A DNA stretch of 64,000 nt from Treponema sp. (GCA_031283105.1 JAITCL010000119.1:8885-72884), one strand, 5' to 3'; counted from the stretch's first letter, positions 1 to 10,074 are shown. Notes: generated by a model not told the origin, from the letters alone. Translations and numbers: made by a program.

Positions 1-240
1 AGCCGGTACATTTCCCACGCCGCCTTTTTTACGGAAGGTTCCCGCATGGTTTTCGAGATCAGCGCCAACGCTTTTTTGTGGAAAATGGTGCGTTCCATTG
101 CCGGAACTTTCCTTCATTATGAGGAATCCGGTACGCCGCCGGAACTGCTGCGGGACATTATCGCCTCAGGCGAGCGTAGCCGCACCGGCCCAACCCTGCC
201 GCCTCAGGGTCTGTTTCTGTGGAAAGTTGATTATTATTGA
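1..240 (+). CDS. truA: tRNA pseudouridine(38-40) synthase, 3' end (partial)
   Basis: C-terminal TruA motifs FEISANAFLWKMVRSIAG and GPTLPPQGLFLWKVDY; the gene runs off the window start. Confidence 0.9.
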   Translation, partial: SRYISHAAFFTEGSRMVFEISANAFLWKMVRSIAGTFLHYEESGTPPELLRDIIASGERSRTGPTLPPQGLFLWKVDYY

Positions 241-257
241 CTTGACGGTATGATAAG

Positions 258-470
258 GCGGGCAGGCAGGCGGGGCGGCAAAAAAATTCCGGGAATTCTC
301 TGCCGGAAGAGACCAGAGAGTAAAAGCAAAAACTAAGTGTACAGTAAAAGCCCAGCACTTAAATACGACTTGACTTCATAGTAATACGATGAGCATGGTT
401 ATTTAAGTGTTGGGGGGCTCTGTAGGCAGATTCTCCCGGTTTTTTGCCCGCCACGCGCTGCCTGACCCGC
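258..470 (+). repeat. Structured dispersed element, copy A1 (candidate ncRNA)
   Basis: Long imperfect hairpin enclosing the 39-nt core at 312-350; near-identical to 22642-22863, and shares its core with 25093-25328 and 59419-59656. Confidence 0.85.
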
Positions 471-541
471 TGTTTATACGGTCGTGTTCTTCGTGGTGGA
501 AATCTTCCCTGTTTTCATACTACGCATAGCTCTGTGCTCTA

Positions 542-571
542 TTGCCCCTCAAACGCTGTTCGCGCTATAAT
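542..571 (+). promoter_or_regulatory. sigma70 promoter of scpA (probably leaderless)
   Basis: TTGCCC-N18-TATAAT, then 6 nt to an in-frame GTG at 578. Confidence 0.6.
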
Positions 572-577
572 AACCCC

Positions 578-1312
578 GTGGAACCCACTGAGACGGGCGC
601 GCGCAGGTTCAAGCTCAATGATTTTGAAGGCCCCCTGGATCTGCTGCTGTACCTTATCCGCAAAAACGAGGTCAATATCTACGACATTCCCATAGCGGAA
701 ATTACCGAGCAGTACATGGATTTTGTGCGTAACGCCGAAAGTTTGGATCTTGATGATGTCACCGAATTTCACGCGCTGGCGGCGATGCTCCTCCTCATAA
801 AGTCACGGACTTTGCTGCCCGTCGAAATGGAGGACGACGGCGAACTGATCGACCCGCGGCAGGATTTGGTCGAGCGGCTGATCGAATATCAGAAATTCAA
901 AAAACTGTCCGACCTTATGGAAGACAAGGAAAAAGAGGCGGAGTGGGTGATTGAACGGCGCAAACTGCAGCATACCCTGCCTTTTGCCGATGCCGACCTC
1001 TGGGAAAAAATTGACATCTGGAGTTTGATGAAAACATTTGCCACCCTGATGCGCAGCCTCAGCGGCGAGCAGATAGTCGACCTGTTCGAGGAAGTTACGG
1101 TTAACGAAAAAATTACTTTGCTTTCCGAATTGCTGGAAAACAAGGGCGAGTGCTTTTTCACCGAGTTGGTTATTCGCACGTATTCGGCAATGGATATTGT
1201 ATGCGCGTTCCTCGCCGTGCTGGAAGCGGTCAAGGTACGCATGATAATCATATTGCAAAACCGTATGTTTGGCGACATACTAATCAGGCCGCGGGCCGCT
1301 ATGGAGCAGTAA
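578..1312 (+). CDS. scpA: Segregation and condensation protein A
   Basis: FEGPLDLLLYLI...IYDIPIAEITEQY, LLLIKSRTLLP; start moved from the ORF-track TTG at 542 to GTG at 578. Confidence 0.93.
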   Translation: MEPTETGARRFKLNDFEGPLDLLLYLIRKNEVNIYDIPIAEITEQYMDFVRNAESLDLDDVTEFHALAAMLLLIKSRTLLPVEMEDDGELIDPRQDLVERLIEYQKFKKLSDLMEDKEKEAEWVIERRKLQHTLPFADADLWEKIDIWSLMKTFATLMRSLSGEQIVDLFEEVTVNEKITLLSELLENKGECFFTELVIRTYSAMDIVCAFLAVLEAVKVRMIIILQNRMFGDILIRPRAAMEQ

Positions 1313-1864
1313 GTGTCAGAGAATTTGGAAAAAGAAACCGCGCTGGTCGAGGCGGTACTCTTTATGGAATCAGAGGCCATAGACGAGGCCGGCATCAGCC
1401 GCATTTGCGGGCTTTCGAAAGAGTTGGTGCAAGAGGCGCTGGACAGCCTTGGTGAACGTTACGCCCGCGCGGATTCCGGCATTGAGTTGTCCCGCATTGG
1501 CGGCGGAGTCATGATCTCCCCCAAACGGGAATACTGGGAAAGCCTGAAAGACCGCTACGGCAAAAAAAACGAAGGGAAAATCTCCCGCGCCGCTATGGAA
1601 ACTCTGGCGATTATTGCCTATTCCCAGCCGATAACCAAGGCCGAAATAAAAGGCTACCGGGGAGTTATGCCGGACAATATGCTCCATTTATTGCTGGAAA
1701 AGGGTCTCATCCGCGAAGTGGGAAAAAAAGACGTTCCCGGCAAACCGGTGCAGTACGGCACGACCAAAGAATTTTTGAAACAATTCCGGCTCGATTCCAT
1801 TGCCGACCTGCCCAAACTCAGCGAGAGCGACCTTGACCGTTTTGAACTTGAAGGAGAACGATAG
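1313..1864 (+). CDS. scpB: Segregation and condensation protein B
   Basis: ISRAAMETLAIIAYSQPITKAEI, PGKPVQYGTTKEFL; follows scpA. Confidence 0.95.
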   Translation: MSENLEKETALVEAVLFMESEAIDEAGISRICGLSKELVQEALDSLGERYARADSGIELSRIGGGVMISPKREYWESLKDRYGKKNEGKISRAAMETLAIIAYSQPITKAEIKGYRGVMPDNMLHLLLEKGLIREVGKKDVPGKPVQYGTTKEFLKQFRLDSIADLPKLSESDLDRFELEGER

Positions 1865-1867
1865 ACA

Positions 1868-2632
1868 GTGGCCGCCGGCGATACCAACGAAAGGCAGGAT
1901 AGTGATTCAGGCCAAAGGCTGCACGTTTTTCTTGCCCACGCGGGCATTGCCTCACGGCGGGCCGCGGAAGGAATCATCGCCGCGGGAAGGGTCAGCGTTA
2001 ACGGCGTAACGGTTGATACACAGGGCAGCAAGGTTTGTCCCGGCGACATTGTTCTGGTGGACGGCCAGCCGGTACAAACAGAAAGCCGCCGCGTCTACCT
2101 TGCCCTGAACAAGCCGCCGGGCTATATTTGCAGTTCATCCGACCCGCAGGGGCGGCCCCTGGCGCTTAATTTACTGCCGCGGGACATCAGCGAGCGTATG
2201 TATAATGTTGGCCGGCTGGATTTTCTGTCCTGCGGCCTGATTTTTTTTACCAATGACGGGGACTTTGCCGCCCGGCTGGGGCATCCCGGTTCCGGCATGG
2301 AAAAAGAGTACATGGTAGAGGCAACGGGGCATATCCCCGATGAGGTAATGCTGGCCTTTCAACAAGGAATCACCATTGAAGGGGTACATTACCGGGCGCA
2401 GACAGTACAAAGAACCGCCAGCCGGTGTCTGCGGATAGTGTTGATTGAAGGCAAAAACCGGGAAATCAGGCGGGTATTTTCCCATTTTCATTTACACCCC
2501 TCCCGCCTCCGCCGCGTCCGCATCGGCCCGGTCAAATTGGGAAACCTCGCGGAAGGGGCATGCAGGGAGTTGACGGAACAGGAATTGTCAAACTTGCGGA
2601 AAATAACAGGAGCTTTACATCATGTATGTTAG
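1868..2632 (+). CDS. rluB: rRNA pseudouridine synthase, RluB/RsuA family
   Basis: S4 domain (GIASRRAAE..I..GRVSVNG), catalytic GRLD, EGKNREIRR. Confidence 0.88.
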   Translation: MAAGDTNERQDSDSGQRLHVFLAHAGIASRRAAEGIIAAGRVSVNGVTVDTQGSKVCPGDIVLVDGQPVQTESRRVYLALNKPPGYICSSSDPQGRPLALNLLPRDISERMYNVGRLDFLSCGLIFFTNDGDFAARLGHPGSGMEKEYMVEATGHIPDEVMLAFQQGITIEGVHYRAQTVQRTASRCLRIVLIEGKNREIRRVFSHFHLHPSRLRRVRIGPVKLGNLAEGACRELTEQELSNLRKITGALHHVC

Positions 2633-2665
2633 GAAAATACTGACTAGTTCAACCCCAAGAATTTC

Positions 2666-2752
2666 ACCACGGAGTATACCTGCCTGTGCAGGCAGGCGGA
2701 GAACACGGAGGAAGAAATGGTTTTCGTACCAAAACTCCGTGTCCTCCGTGGT
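2666..2752. repeat. Nonamer palindromic repeat (CACGGAG family) with an inserted CCTGCCTGTGCAGGCAGG palindrome
   Basis: ACCACGGAG...CTCCGTGGT arms; same family as 11779, 47114, 48217 and 62540. Confidence 0.8.
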
Positions 2753-2768
2753 TTTTATTCTTCTTTAT

Positions 2769-2801
2769 CCCTACTCCCTACTCCCCATTCCCTACTCCCT
2801 A
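2769..2801. repeat. Heptamer tandem repeat (CCCTACT/CCCCATT)n
   Basis: ccctact ccctact ccccatt ccctact cccta directly before the cmk SD; same unit at 23544-23677. Confidence 0.75.
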
Positions 2802-2815
2802 AAAAGGAGCGCAAC

Positions 2816-5248
2816 ATGGTAATCGCCATTGACGGGCCGGCCGGTTCGGGAAAAAGCACCATTGCCCAACTGCTGGCGCAGCGGCTCAAGGACAGGGCAG
2901 GGGAGGGCTTTACCTACATCAATTCGGGGAATCTCTACCGCGCCATTACCCTGGGCTGCCTGCGGGCGGATATTACTCCCACCGACGGCGAAAAAGTCCT
3001 GGAATTTGCCCAAAAAGCCCGTATTGGGTACCACGGCGACCGGGTTTTACTGGACGGCGCGGATGTAACGGACAGCCTCCATACCGATGAAATTGACCGC
3101 TGGTCGGCGCCGCTGTCCGCCATAGTGCCGGTTCGCCATCTGGTTAATGATATAATCCGCGGCATTGCCGGCGGGCTGAACGCGGTGGTGGAGGGCAGGG
3201 ACATGACCACCGTGGTATTCCCCCACGCGGAATGCCGCTTCTATCTGGACGCCTCGGCCCAGGCGCGGGCGCAGCGGCGTTTTGACCAGGGGGTATCCCA
3301 ACTCAGCCTGGCGGAGATACAGGCGGCTATTGCCCAACGGGACGAGATTGACCGCAATAAAACCGAGGGGAGTCTTGCCATTGCCCCCGGCGTCATATAT
3401 ATTGACACATCGGGCTTGACCATAAACCAAGTTTATGACATATTGATAGGGAAAATAAAACAGGTACAAGGACAGAACATGGCGCAGATGGAAGTGGTAT
3501 CGTCATCACAGGATGGCGCGGACACTAGTCCGGTAAATAACGAGGAGAACATTCAAACACAGTTACAGGAAGAATACTTGAAATCCCTTGAACAGCTTGA
3601 GGAAGGGCAGCTTGTAGAGGGAGCGGTAATTCAGGTAACCGCAGACCAGGTATTTATTGACGTCGGGTACAAATCCGAAGGCAAAATACCTATTTCGGAA
3701 TTCACCGAAATTCCCAAAGTGGGGGACACGGTCTCGGTGGTTCTTATCACCAAGGAAAATAAACGCGGCGAGGTTATCGTTTCCAAGCAGAAAGCGGACG
3801 CGAAAATTTCCTGGAAAAAACTCAAACAGGCATTTCAGGATCACGCTATGGTTGAAGGTACCGTGGACAAACTGGTCAAGGGGGGCTATGAAGTCAACCT
3901 GGGCGCGGATTTGCGGGCATTCCTTCCCATCAGCCAGTCCGATGTACAACGAGTCGAAAAACCGGAAAAATTCATCGGGCTTAAAGCCCAGTTCCAGCTT
4001 GAACGGCTGTACTCGGACGGCAAGGTCAACATTGTCGTTAACCGCCGCAAGTACCTTGAAGAAGAGCTTGAGCGCAAGCGGGGGCAGTTCTTCCAGAACA
4101 CCACGGTCGGCACGGATGTAACCGGCGTGGTTAAAAGTTTTACCTCGTTTGGAGCTTTCATTGATTTAGGGGGCTTTGACGGCCTGCTCCATATTAATGA
4201 CATGAGTTGGGGGCACGTTACCCGTCCCAAAGATTTTGTAAAAAAAGGGCAGGAGATACAGCTCAAAGTTATCCGCATAGACCCGGCGGAAAAACGCATC
4301 AACCTTTCCCTCAAACATTTTTCCGATGATCCCTGGGTTCACTTTGAAAAAAAATACCATGTCAACGACGTCGTAAAAGGCAAGGTAACCAAGCTCACCG
4401 ATTTTGGCGCTTTTATCGAACTGGAAGAAGGTATCGAAGGGCTTGCCCATATTTCTGAATTTTCATGGGTCAAGAAAATTCAAAAGCCCCAGGACATGGT
4501 TAAACCCAATGACGTTGTTGAGTGCATGATCCTCGGTTACGATTTACAGGCGGGGAGGGTATCGCTGGGCCTTAAACAGGTAACGGCAAATCCCTGGGAC
4601 GATATTGAGGAACGCTACGCCGTGGGAACCAGGCTTACCCGCAAAGTGGTCAAGATAACCAATGCCGGCGCTTTTATTCAGTTGGAAGAAGGCATAGACG
4701 GCTTCCTGCACTGCGACGATATTTCATGGACCAAGAAAATCAAACATCCCGGCAGCGAACTGTCCGTTGGACAGGAACTTGAAGTGATAGTGACATCCCT
4801 TGAAAAGGAAAACCGCAATATCAGACTCGGCATAAAGCAGCTTTCCGAAGATCCCTGGCGGAGCTTTAGTGAAACGTATAAACCCGGCTCTCCTGTGGAA
4901 GGGGAAATCGCCTCTGTCACCGACTTCGGCGTTTTTATACGGATTCCCGGAGGTATTGAGGGGCTGATTCATAAAACCAACCTCACCGAAACCCGGGAAG
5001 AAAACCCCGATGACGCCCTGAAAAAATACAAGGTTGGAGACAAGATCAAGGCGGTAGTGCTTGAAATACAGGGCGACAAGCAGAAACTGGCTTTTTCCAT
5101 TCGGGATTACCAGAAAAAAGTGCAGCGGGAAGAAATTTCCCGCTACATGGCTGAAGAAGAATCGGGCGGGGCTACTGTTACCCTGGGAGACTTCCTGAAG
5201 TCCAAGAACAGTCCCGATGATCCCCATCCCGATACGGGAAGCAGCTAA
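2816..5248 (+). CDS. rpsA: Cytidylate kinase / 30S ribosomal protein S1 fusion
   Basis: IAIDGPAGSGKST and VVEGRDMTTVVFP (Cmk) in frame with six S1 repeats (FGAFIDLGGFDGLLHI etc.); SD AAGGAG before ATG 2816. Confidence 0.93.
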   Translation: MVIAIDGPAGSGKSTIAQLLAQRLKDRAGEGFTYINSGNLYRAITLGCLRADITPTDGEKVLEFAQKARIGYHGDRVLLDGADVTDSLHTDEIDRWSAPLSAIVPVRHLVNDIIRGIAGGLNAVVEGRDMTTVVFPHAECRFYLDASAQARAQRRFDQGVSQLSLAEIQAAIAQRDEIDRNKTEGSLAIAPGVIYIDTSGLTINQVYDILIGKIKQVQGQNMAQMEVVSSSQDGADTSPVNNEENIQTQLQEEYLKSLEQLEEGQLVEGAVIQVTADQVFIDVGYKSEGKIPISEFTEIPKVGDTVSVVLITKENKRGEVIVSKQKADAKISWKKLKQAFQDHAMVEGTVDKLVKGGYEVNLGADLRAFLPISQSDVQRVEKPEKFIGLKAQFQLERLYSDGKVNIVVNRRKYLEEELERKRGQFFQNTTVGTDVTGVVKSFTSFGAFIDLGGFDGLLHINDMSWGHVTRPKDFVKKGQEIQLKVIRIDPAEKRINLSLKHFSDDPWVHFEKKYHVNDVVKGKVTKLTDFGAFIELEEGIEGLAHISEFSWVKKIQKPQDMVKPNDVVECMILGYDLQAGRVSLGLKQVTANPWDDIEERYAVGTRLTRKVVKITNAGAFIQLEEGIDGFLHCDDISWTKKIKHPGSELSVGQELEVIVTSLEKENRNIRLGIKQLSEDPWRSFSETYKPGSPVEGEIASVTDFGVFIRIPGGIEGLIHKTNLTETREENPDDALKKYKVGDKIKAVVLEIQGDKQKLAFSIRDYQKKVQREEISRYMAEEESGGATVTLGDFLKSKNSPDDPHPDTGSS

Positions 5249-5268
5249 AACCTGCAAGACGGCCTGCC

Positions 5269-6777
5269 ATGCTGTCAAAGATCAACGCCGGAAAATTCAA
5301 TAAATTGATCGAGATTACTACCTTGATCAATTCCAGTCAGCAGGATTTGCACGTTCTGCTGACCCATATAGTTGAATCGGCAATGCGGCTGTGCGGCGGA
5401 GCGGCATCGAGTCTGCTGCTTGCCGATGAAGAAAGAAAGGCGCTTCATTTTGAAGTAGCGCTGGGATCAAAAGGCAATGAAGTAAAAAGGTTTACGGTGA
5501 AAATGGGAGAAGGCATAGCCGGCTGGGTCGCGCAGAATAATAAATCCATTATTGTCAACGATGTCGCGCAAGACCGCCGCCATCTGCGTACCATTTCCCG
5601 GCAGGTAGGCTACCCTGTAACAACCATGTTGGCCGTTCCCATGCACATCAGGGACAAATGCATCGGGGTAGTTGAAGTCCTCAATAAAGACCAGGAAAAA
5701 GAGTTTAATCAGGAAGACCTTGAATGGCTGGAAATTTTCGCGGGTCAGGCGGCGCTTGCCATTGTCAACGCGCGGAGTCTTGAACGCGCCTATAGCGAAA
5801 TACGGGTCTTGCAGGACAGGGGCCCGTCCGGCGAAAGTTTCCACACCATGATAGGCAAAAGCCCGGTGATGAAAGAATTGCTCAGAATGGTTGAGCGGGT
5901 GGCAAAAACCGATTCCTCGGTGCTGATACTGGGGGAGAGCGGGGTAGGGAAGGAGCTTTTTGCCGAGCAGATACACCTGCACAGCCTCCGCAGTCATGCC
6001 CCCTTTGTCCGGGTAAACTGCGCCGCTTTGCCGGAAGGGCTTTTGGAAAGCGAGTTGTTCGGCCATGTCAAAGGGGCGTTTACCAGCGCGATCAACAACC
6101 GCAAGGGACGTTTTGAGGCGGCGGACGGCGGCACCATTTTTCTTGATGAGATAGGGGACATGCCCCTGTCTTTACAGGCAAAACTGCTGCGGGTGATACA
6201 GGAAAAAACTTTTGAAAAAGTCGGTTCGGATATAACCGTTACCGTTAACACGCGGATACTTGCCGCGACCAATAAAGACATTGAGGCTATGGTTGAAAAA
6301 GGTGATTTTCGCAGCGATTTGTACTACCGGCTGAACGTGCTGCCCCTGCAGATTCCCCCCCTGCGCCGGCATACCGAAGATATACCGGAGCTTGCCCGTT
6401 TTTTCCTCGCAAAATACATGCAGGCGAACAAAAAACGCTTTGAGGGTTTTTTGGAAAATGCCATTGAAGCAATGTTGACCTATTCATGGCCGGGCAACAT
6501 ACGGGAGCTTGAAAATTGTATAGAGCGGGTCTGCGTCATTGCAGGCGGCAGTTGGATCGGGCAGGACGATCTTTTCCCGCAGACAGGTACAGGAGAAATG
6601 AGAAACCAAACGAAAAATCAAAATCTGAAAACTGCGCTCAATGTGTTTAAGACAAACTTTATTCGTAAAGTTCTTGACGAAAACGCGTGGAACCAAACCG
6701 AAACGGCAAAAACGCTGGAAATTCAGCGGACTTATTTGTCGAAACTTATAAAAGAGCTCAACATAAAAGAGGAGTAA
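5269..6777 (+). CDS. GAF-domain sigma54-dependent transcriptional activator (NifA/FhlA-like)
   Basis: N-terminal GAF, Walker A GESGVGKE, ESELFGHVKGAFTSA, FLDEIG, WPGNIREL, C-terminal Fis HTH. Confidence 0.92.
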   Translation: MLSKINAGKFNKLIEITTLINSSQQDLHVLLTHIVESAMRLCGGAASSLLLADEERKALHFEVALGSKGNEVKRFTVKMGEGIAGWVAQNNKSIIVNDVAQDRRHLRTISRQVGYPVTTMLAVPMHIRDKCIGVVEVLNKDQEKEFNQEDLEWLEIFAGQAALAIVNARSLERAYSEIRVLQDRGPSGESFHTMIGKSPVMKELLRMVERVAKTDSSVLILGESGVGKELFAEQIHLHSLRSHAPFVRVNCAALPEGLLESELFGHVKGAFTSAINNRKGRFEAADGGTIFLDEIGDMPLSLQAKLLRVIQEKTFEKVGSDITVTVNTRILAATNKDIEAMVEKGDFRSDLYYRLNVLPLQIPPLRRHTEDIPELARFFLAKYMQANKKRFEGFLENAIEAMLTYSWPGNIRELENCIERVCVIAGGSWIGQDDLFPQTGTGEMRNQTKNQNLKTALNVFKTNFIRKVLDENAWNQTETAKTLEIQRTYLSKLIKELNIKEE

Positions 6778-6779
6778 TT

Positions 6780-7496
6780 ATGCAGAATAAAAATGAAAAA
6801 TCCGCCCCGGGAGGAGGCGCCAACGATGCTTCTTCCATTGGTGACGGAATTAACGAATTTATCCAGAAACACCGTAAACCCCTGTTTGTATCGGCGGGTG
6901 TAATTCTGCTGATCTTGATTCTTTGCATAGCCGCACTGTCTGTTATGGATATACTGCGCGCCGGAGCCATCAGCGCCGTTGAAGAATTCGGCAGCCGTTA
7001 CGAAGCGCTGCGCCCTTCCATTACCGAAGAATATTCAGCCAACGATGCCGCGCAGTTGCTTGCGGAGATTGAAGCCTTTACGCAAAAAAAATCAACTTTG
7101 GCCGCCGGTTATGCCGGAGGAAAAGCCTGGTCGATAATCGGCAGTATTCACAGCGACAAAAAAGATTGGGCGGCATCTGAGACGGCATGGGCGGCGGCGG
7201 CCAGGGCAGGGAAAAAAACCTATCTGGCGCCTCTTGCCTTTTTTAACGCGGGCGCCGCCGCGGAAGAACAGGGAAAAACGCAGGAAGCCATTGAATACTA
7301 TACCAGCAGCCTTGCTTCATCCGCCGATTTTTCCGGCGCTCCGCGCGCCCAGTTTGCCATAGGTCGTCTGCGGGAAACCCTGCATGAGGATGCGGCGGCA
7401 ATAGACGCCTACCGCGCCGTTATTTCCGGCTGGCCCCACGACCGGGTATGGACCAGCCTTGCCCACAGCAGAATCATTGCCCTGGAGGTGGAGTAG
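6780..7496 (+). CDS. Membrane-anchored TPR protein
   Basis: One N-terminal TM segment and TPR-like helices (AFFNAGAAAEEQGKTQEAIEYY); SD GAGGAG before ATG 6780. Confidence 0.75.
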   Translation: MQNKNEKSAPGGGANDASSIGDGINEFIQKHRKPLFVSAGVILLILILCIAALSVMDILRAGAISAVEEFGSRYEALRPSITEEYSANDAAQLLAEIEAFTQKKSTLAAGYAGGKAWSIIGSIHSDKKDWAASETAWAAAARAGKKTYLAPLAFFNAGAAAEEQGKTQEAIEYYTSSLASSADFSGAPRAQFAIGRLRETLHEDAAAIDAYRAVISGWPHDRVWTSLAHSRIIALEVE

Positions 7497-7504
7497 GTAA
7501 CAGT

Positions 7505-8287
7505 ATGAAAAAACATTGTGCGGTTGTGTCAGTTTGTTTTATCTCTTTTTTCTGCCTGTTGTCCTGCGGGCTGGAAGCGTTTTACGAAATTGGCAATATA
7601 CCTAACAGTGAGATGCGGGATGTCACCCGCGCTACCATATGGTTGCCGTCAAGCTCCGATAGTGGCTACCAATATCTTACCCATTTTATGATTTTTTACC
7701 GTATTTATATAAGCGATGTACCGGAAACTGCATTAATTGCGTCAACCACAACCAATGATATATATAACAGGTCACTGAGTACAGCTTTGAATGCTGATTT
7801 TGCTTCCCTGTATCCCAGCACCGATAAAACCAGCACTTCCGTTAATACATCAAACCTTGAAAATATTTTTTACCGGCGAAGTTATTTTTTGCTGACCCTT
7901 GAAGGGGCATCAATTAACGGTGTACTTGACTCGGGGGGGGAAAAAAAGCTGGAAATTCTCTTTTCCACGGTTAACGGCGAATCCCCCAAATTGATTATTA
8001 ATGAAACAAGTGAGTATATTCTGCAGCGGGCTATAAACGGCCCCGGTCTCAATTTTACCCCCAAACCAGACCGGCGTTTTTTTAATCACCCGGATTTATA
8101 CAATCCCGCCAATATAACCCCTCAGTTAAACGCCGATGTAGCCTCCAATACCGGCACGGATATTCGTTTTACTTATGTTTCAATGTATATTGCCGGAAAG
8201 GGGAAAAGCCTCGAATTGCCCCCCAAAGATATTTACAGCCAGCCCACCTTTATCGGCGTTTTCAGGCTTGCCAATTTGGAGAACTAA
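7505..8287 (+). CDS. Hypothetical lipoprotein
   Basis: MKKH...FFCLLSC spirochaetal lipobox. Confidence 0.7.
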   Translation: MKKHCAVVSVCFISFFCLLSCGLEAFYEIGNIPNSEMRDVTRATIWLPSSSDSGYQYLTHFMIFYRIYISDVPETALIASTTTNDIYNRSLSTALNADFASLYPSTDKTSTSVNTSNLENIFYRRSYFLLTLEGASINGVLDSGGEKKLEILFSTVNGESPKLIINETSEYILQRAINGPGLNFTPKPDRRFFNHPDLYNPANITPQLNADVASNTGTDIRFTYVSMYIAGKGKSLELPPKDIYSQPTFIGVFRLANLEN

Positions 8288-8351
8288 GCCTCTTCTAAAA
8301 CTAGTGTTCTGTAAAGGCTAAAACTCTACAAAACATTGATCCCAAAAGATC

Positions 8352-8435
8352 TCTCACGGAGGCACAAAGGCACGGAGGATAGCGCGGTATTGGTAAATTG
8401 CACCCTAATCTCTGTGCCGCTGTGCCTCTGTGAGA
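8352..8435. repeat. Nonamer palindromic repeat (CACGGAGG/CACAAAGG variant)
   Basis: tctcacggaggcacaaaggcacggagg ... ctctgtgccgctgtgcctctgtgaga; related to 44501-44780. Confidence 0.7.
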
Positions 8436-8604
8436 TAGAAAATAAGGTAAGGGGCTGTCTTTAGACAGCCGACAGTGCGCCCACATATTCTTTCTGGACA
8501 CCTCCTTACCTTTTACTATTCATAATGCATATTCTGTCTACTAATTGGTATGGTCATCTTGCAAGCGGATAGCGGAAAATATATACTGTGAATAAGGATA
8601 GTAT

Positions 8605-8793
8605 ATGAAACTAAAATACACCTATGAAATGGACGGTGATTATTTTGTCGGGTATCTTGATGATTACCCCGAACACCCAACACAGGGTGAAAATTTACAA
8701 GATTTTGAAGAAAACCTGCTGGATATTTATACTATGATTCAAGACGGGGAACTTGAAGTCCGTAAACACGGTGTGCTGGAATTAGCCGGATGA
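8605..8793 (+). CDS. hicB: HicB-family antitoxin (short, no DNA-binding domain)
   Basis: YFVGYLDDYPEHPTQGENLQDFEENL partial RNase H fold; upstream promoter TTGCAA-N17-TATACT. Confidence 0.8.
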   Translation: MKLKYTYEMDGDYFVGYLDDYPEHPTQGENLQDFEENLLDIYTMIQDGELEVRKHGVLELAG

Positions 8794-8978
8794 ATCGAAC
8801 TGAATTTATAAAAATCCTGAAAGAACACAATGTAGTTTTTCATAAAAACGGGTCACGGCATGACATTTATATTCATACAGTGAGTGGAAAAAAGGTAGCC
8901 ATACCCCGCCACCGGGAAATGAAAAACAAATTCCTGAAAATGATACTTGATGAAATACAACGTAAAAATGACTTTTGA
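8790..8978 (+). CDS. hicA: HicA-family mRNA interferase toxin
   Basis: GSRHDIY...KVAIPRH motif; ATGA overlap with hicB. Confidence 0.85.
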   Translation: MNRTEFIKILKEHNVVFHKNGSRHDIYIHTVSGKKVAIPRHREMKNKFLKMILDEIQRKNDF

Positions 8979-9909
8979 ACTCAAAGCCGGCCCCGATGAT
9001 GCCGGGCGCAGGTTAGACCGGATACTGCGAAAAACCCTGCCGGATTATTCCCTGTCGCTGATACACCGGTTGTTAAGGCAGGGCAAGGTACTGGTTAACG
9101 GTAAGAAGGCAAACCCCGATGAACGGATTCAACCGGGTACGCTTATACAGCTTAAATCGGCTGTTAACCATAATATTAAACAGGTTAACAAAAATCACAA
9201 AGCAGCCTCCCCTGCCCTACCCCTGCCGGAAATTCTCTGGCGCGGGTCAGGCATTATCGTTTTTAATAAGCCGCCGGGACTTGCCAGCCACGGAAAAGCC
9301 AGTTTGGACACCCTAATTAAGGCTTGGCTGGCCGGAAAATTGCCGTTGTCGCTTTCGTTTAAGCCGGGGCCGCTGCACCGGCTTGACCGGCCTACCAGCG
9401 GGATTATCGCCTTTTCTGAAAACCTTGAAGGGGCGCAATTGTTCAGCCGCCTGTTGCGGGAACGTAAGGTCAAAAAAACCTATCTGGCCATTGTAGAAGG
9501 CTCTGTCAGCGAAAATGAGGAATGGCAGGATGAACTGTCCCGCGATACAACCCTCAAAAAAACCTTTACCGGGAACAAAACGGCTCAAACCCGCAATGCC
9601 CTTACCACTGTCAAAACGCTTGCGTCCAACGGCTCGTACAGCCTGATTGAGGCGCATATTGTAACCGGCAGAACCCACCAGATACGGGCGCAGGCCGCGT
9701 CTCACGGGTATCCTCTGGCAGGAGACGTAAAATACGGCGGACAGCGGATCCCGGGCGGCGGTTTTTTCCTTCATGCGTGGAAAATGGAACTTGAGGAATG
9801 TCCCGAAGGTTTTCCACAACCGCTTTGTGCCCCGCTCCCCGAAGCGTTCTGTTCGCAGATAGAGCTTTTGTTTGGTAAAGACGCAGAACCGTATCGCCGA
9901 TTAATTTAG
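8968..9909 (+). CDS. RluA/RluC-family 23S rRNA pseudouridine synthase
   Basis: S4 domain, NKPPGL, HRLDRPTSG, TGRTHQIR, GDVKYG, LHA. Confidence 0.9.
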   Translation: MTFELKAGPDDAGRRLDRILRKTLPDYSLSLIHRLLRQGKVLVNGKKANPDERIQPGTLIQLKSAVNHNIKQVNKNHKAASPALPLPEILWRGSGIIVFNKPPGLASHGKASLDTLIKAWLAGKLPLSLSFKPGPLHRLDRPTSGIIAFSENLEGAQLFSRLLRERKVKKTYLAIVEGSVSENEEWQDELSRDTTLKKTFTGNKTAQTRNALTTVKTLASNGSYSLIEAHIVTGRTHQIRAQAASHGYPLAGDVKYGGQRIPGGGFFLHAWKMELEECPEGFPQPLCAPLPEAFCSQIELLFGKDAEPYRRLI

Positions 9910-10074
9910 CCCCCAAAAACACACACGCTCCATAAACGCAGGGAGTCCGTTATCTTTTTCAAACAACAATTCCCTCTTATCTTCTTGGTGTCTTTGTTTT
10001 CTTTGTGTCTTGGTGTGAAATTCCTCAAGTAAAGTCCAGTAGTAAAGTTTTAGCTGTTACAGATTTCTGTTTTA

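Noticed and set aside
305-350. Resemblance of GAAGAGACCAGAGA to the hairpin ribozyme, and of the element to a T-box or integron attC site
   Set aside because: The complementary loop-B strand, the T-box GGTGGNACC motif and paired RYYYAAC/GTTRRRY boxes are not present, and there is no cassette array or integrase
158-358. Similar short minus-strand ORFs (..YCT.SFCF.SLV..) at 158, 22455 and 25003, and plus-strand ORFs at 25072 and 59553
   Set aside because: They are translations of the repeated element. Starts, lengths and frames are inconsistent between copies, and conservation follows base-pairing rather than codons.
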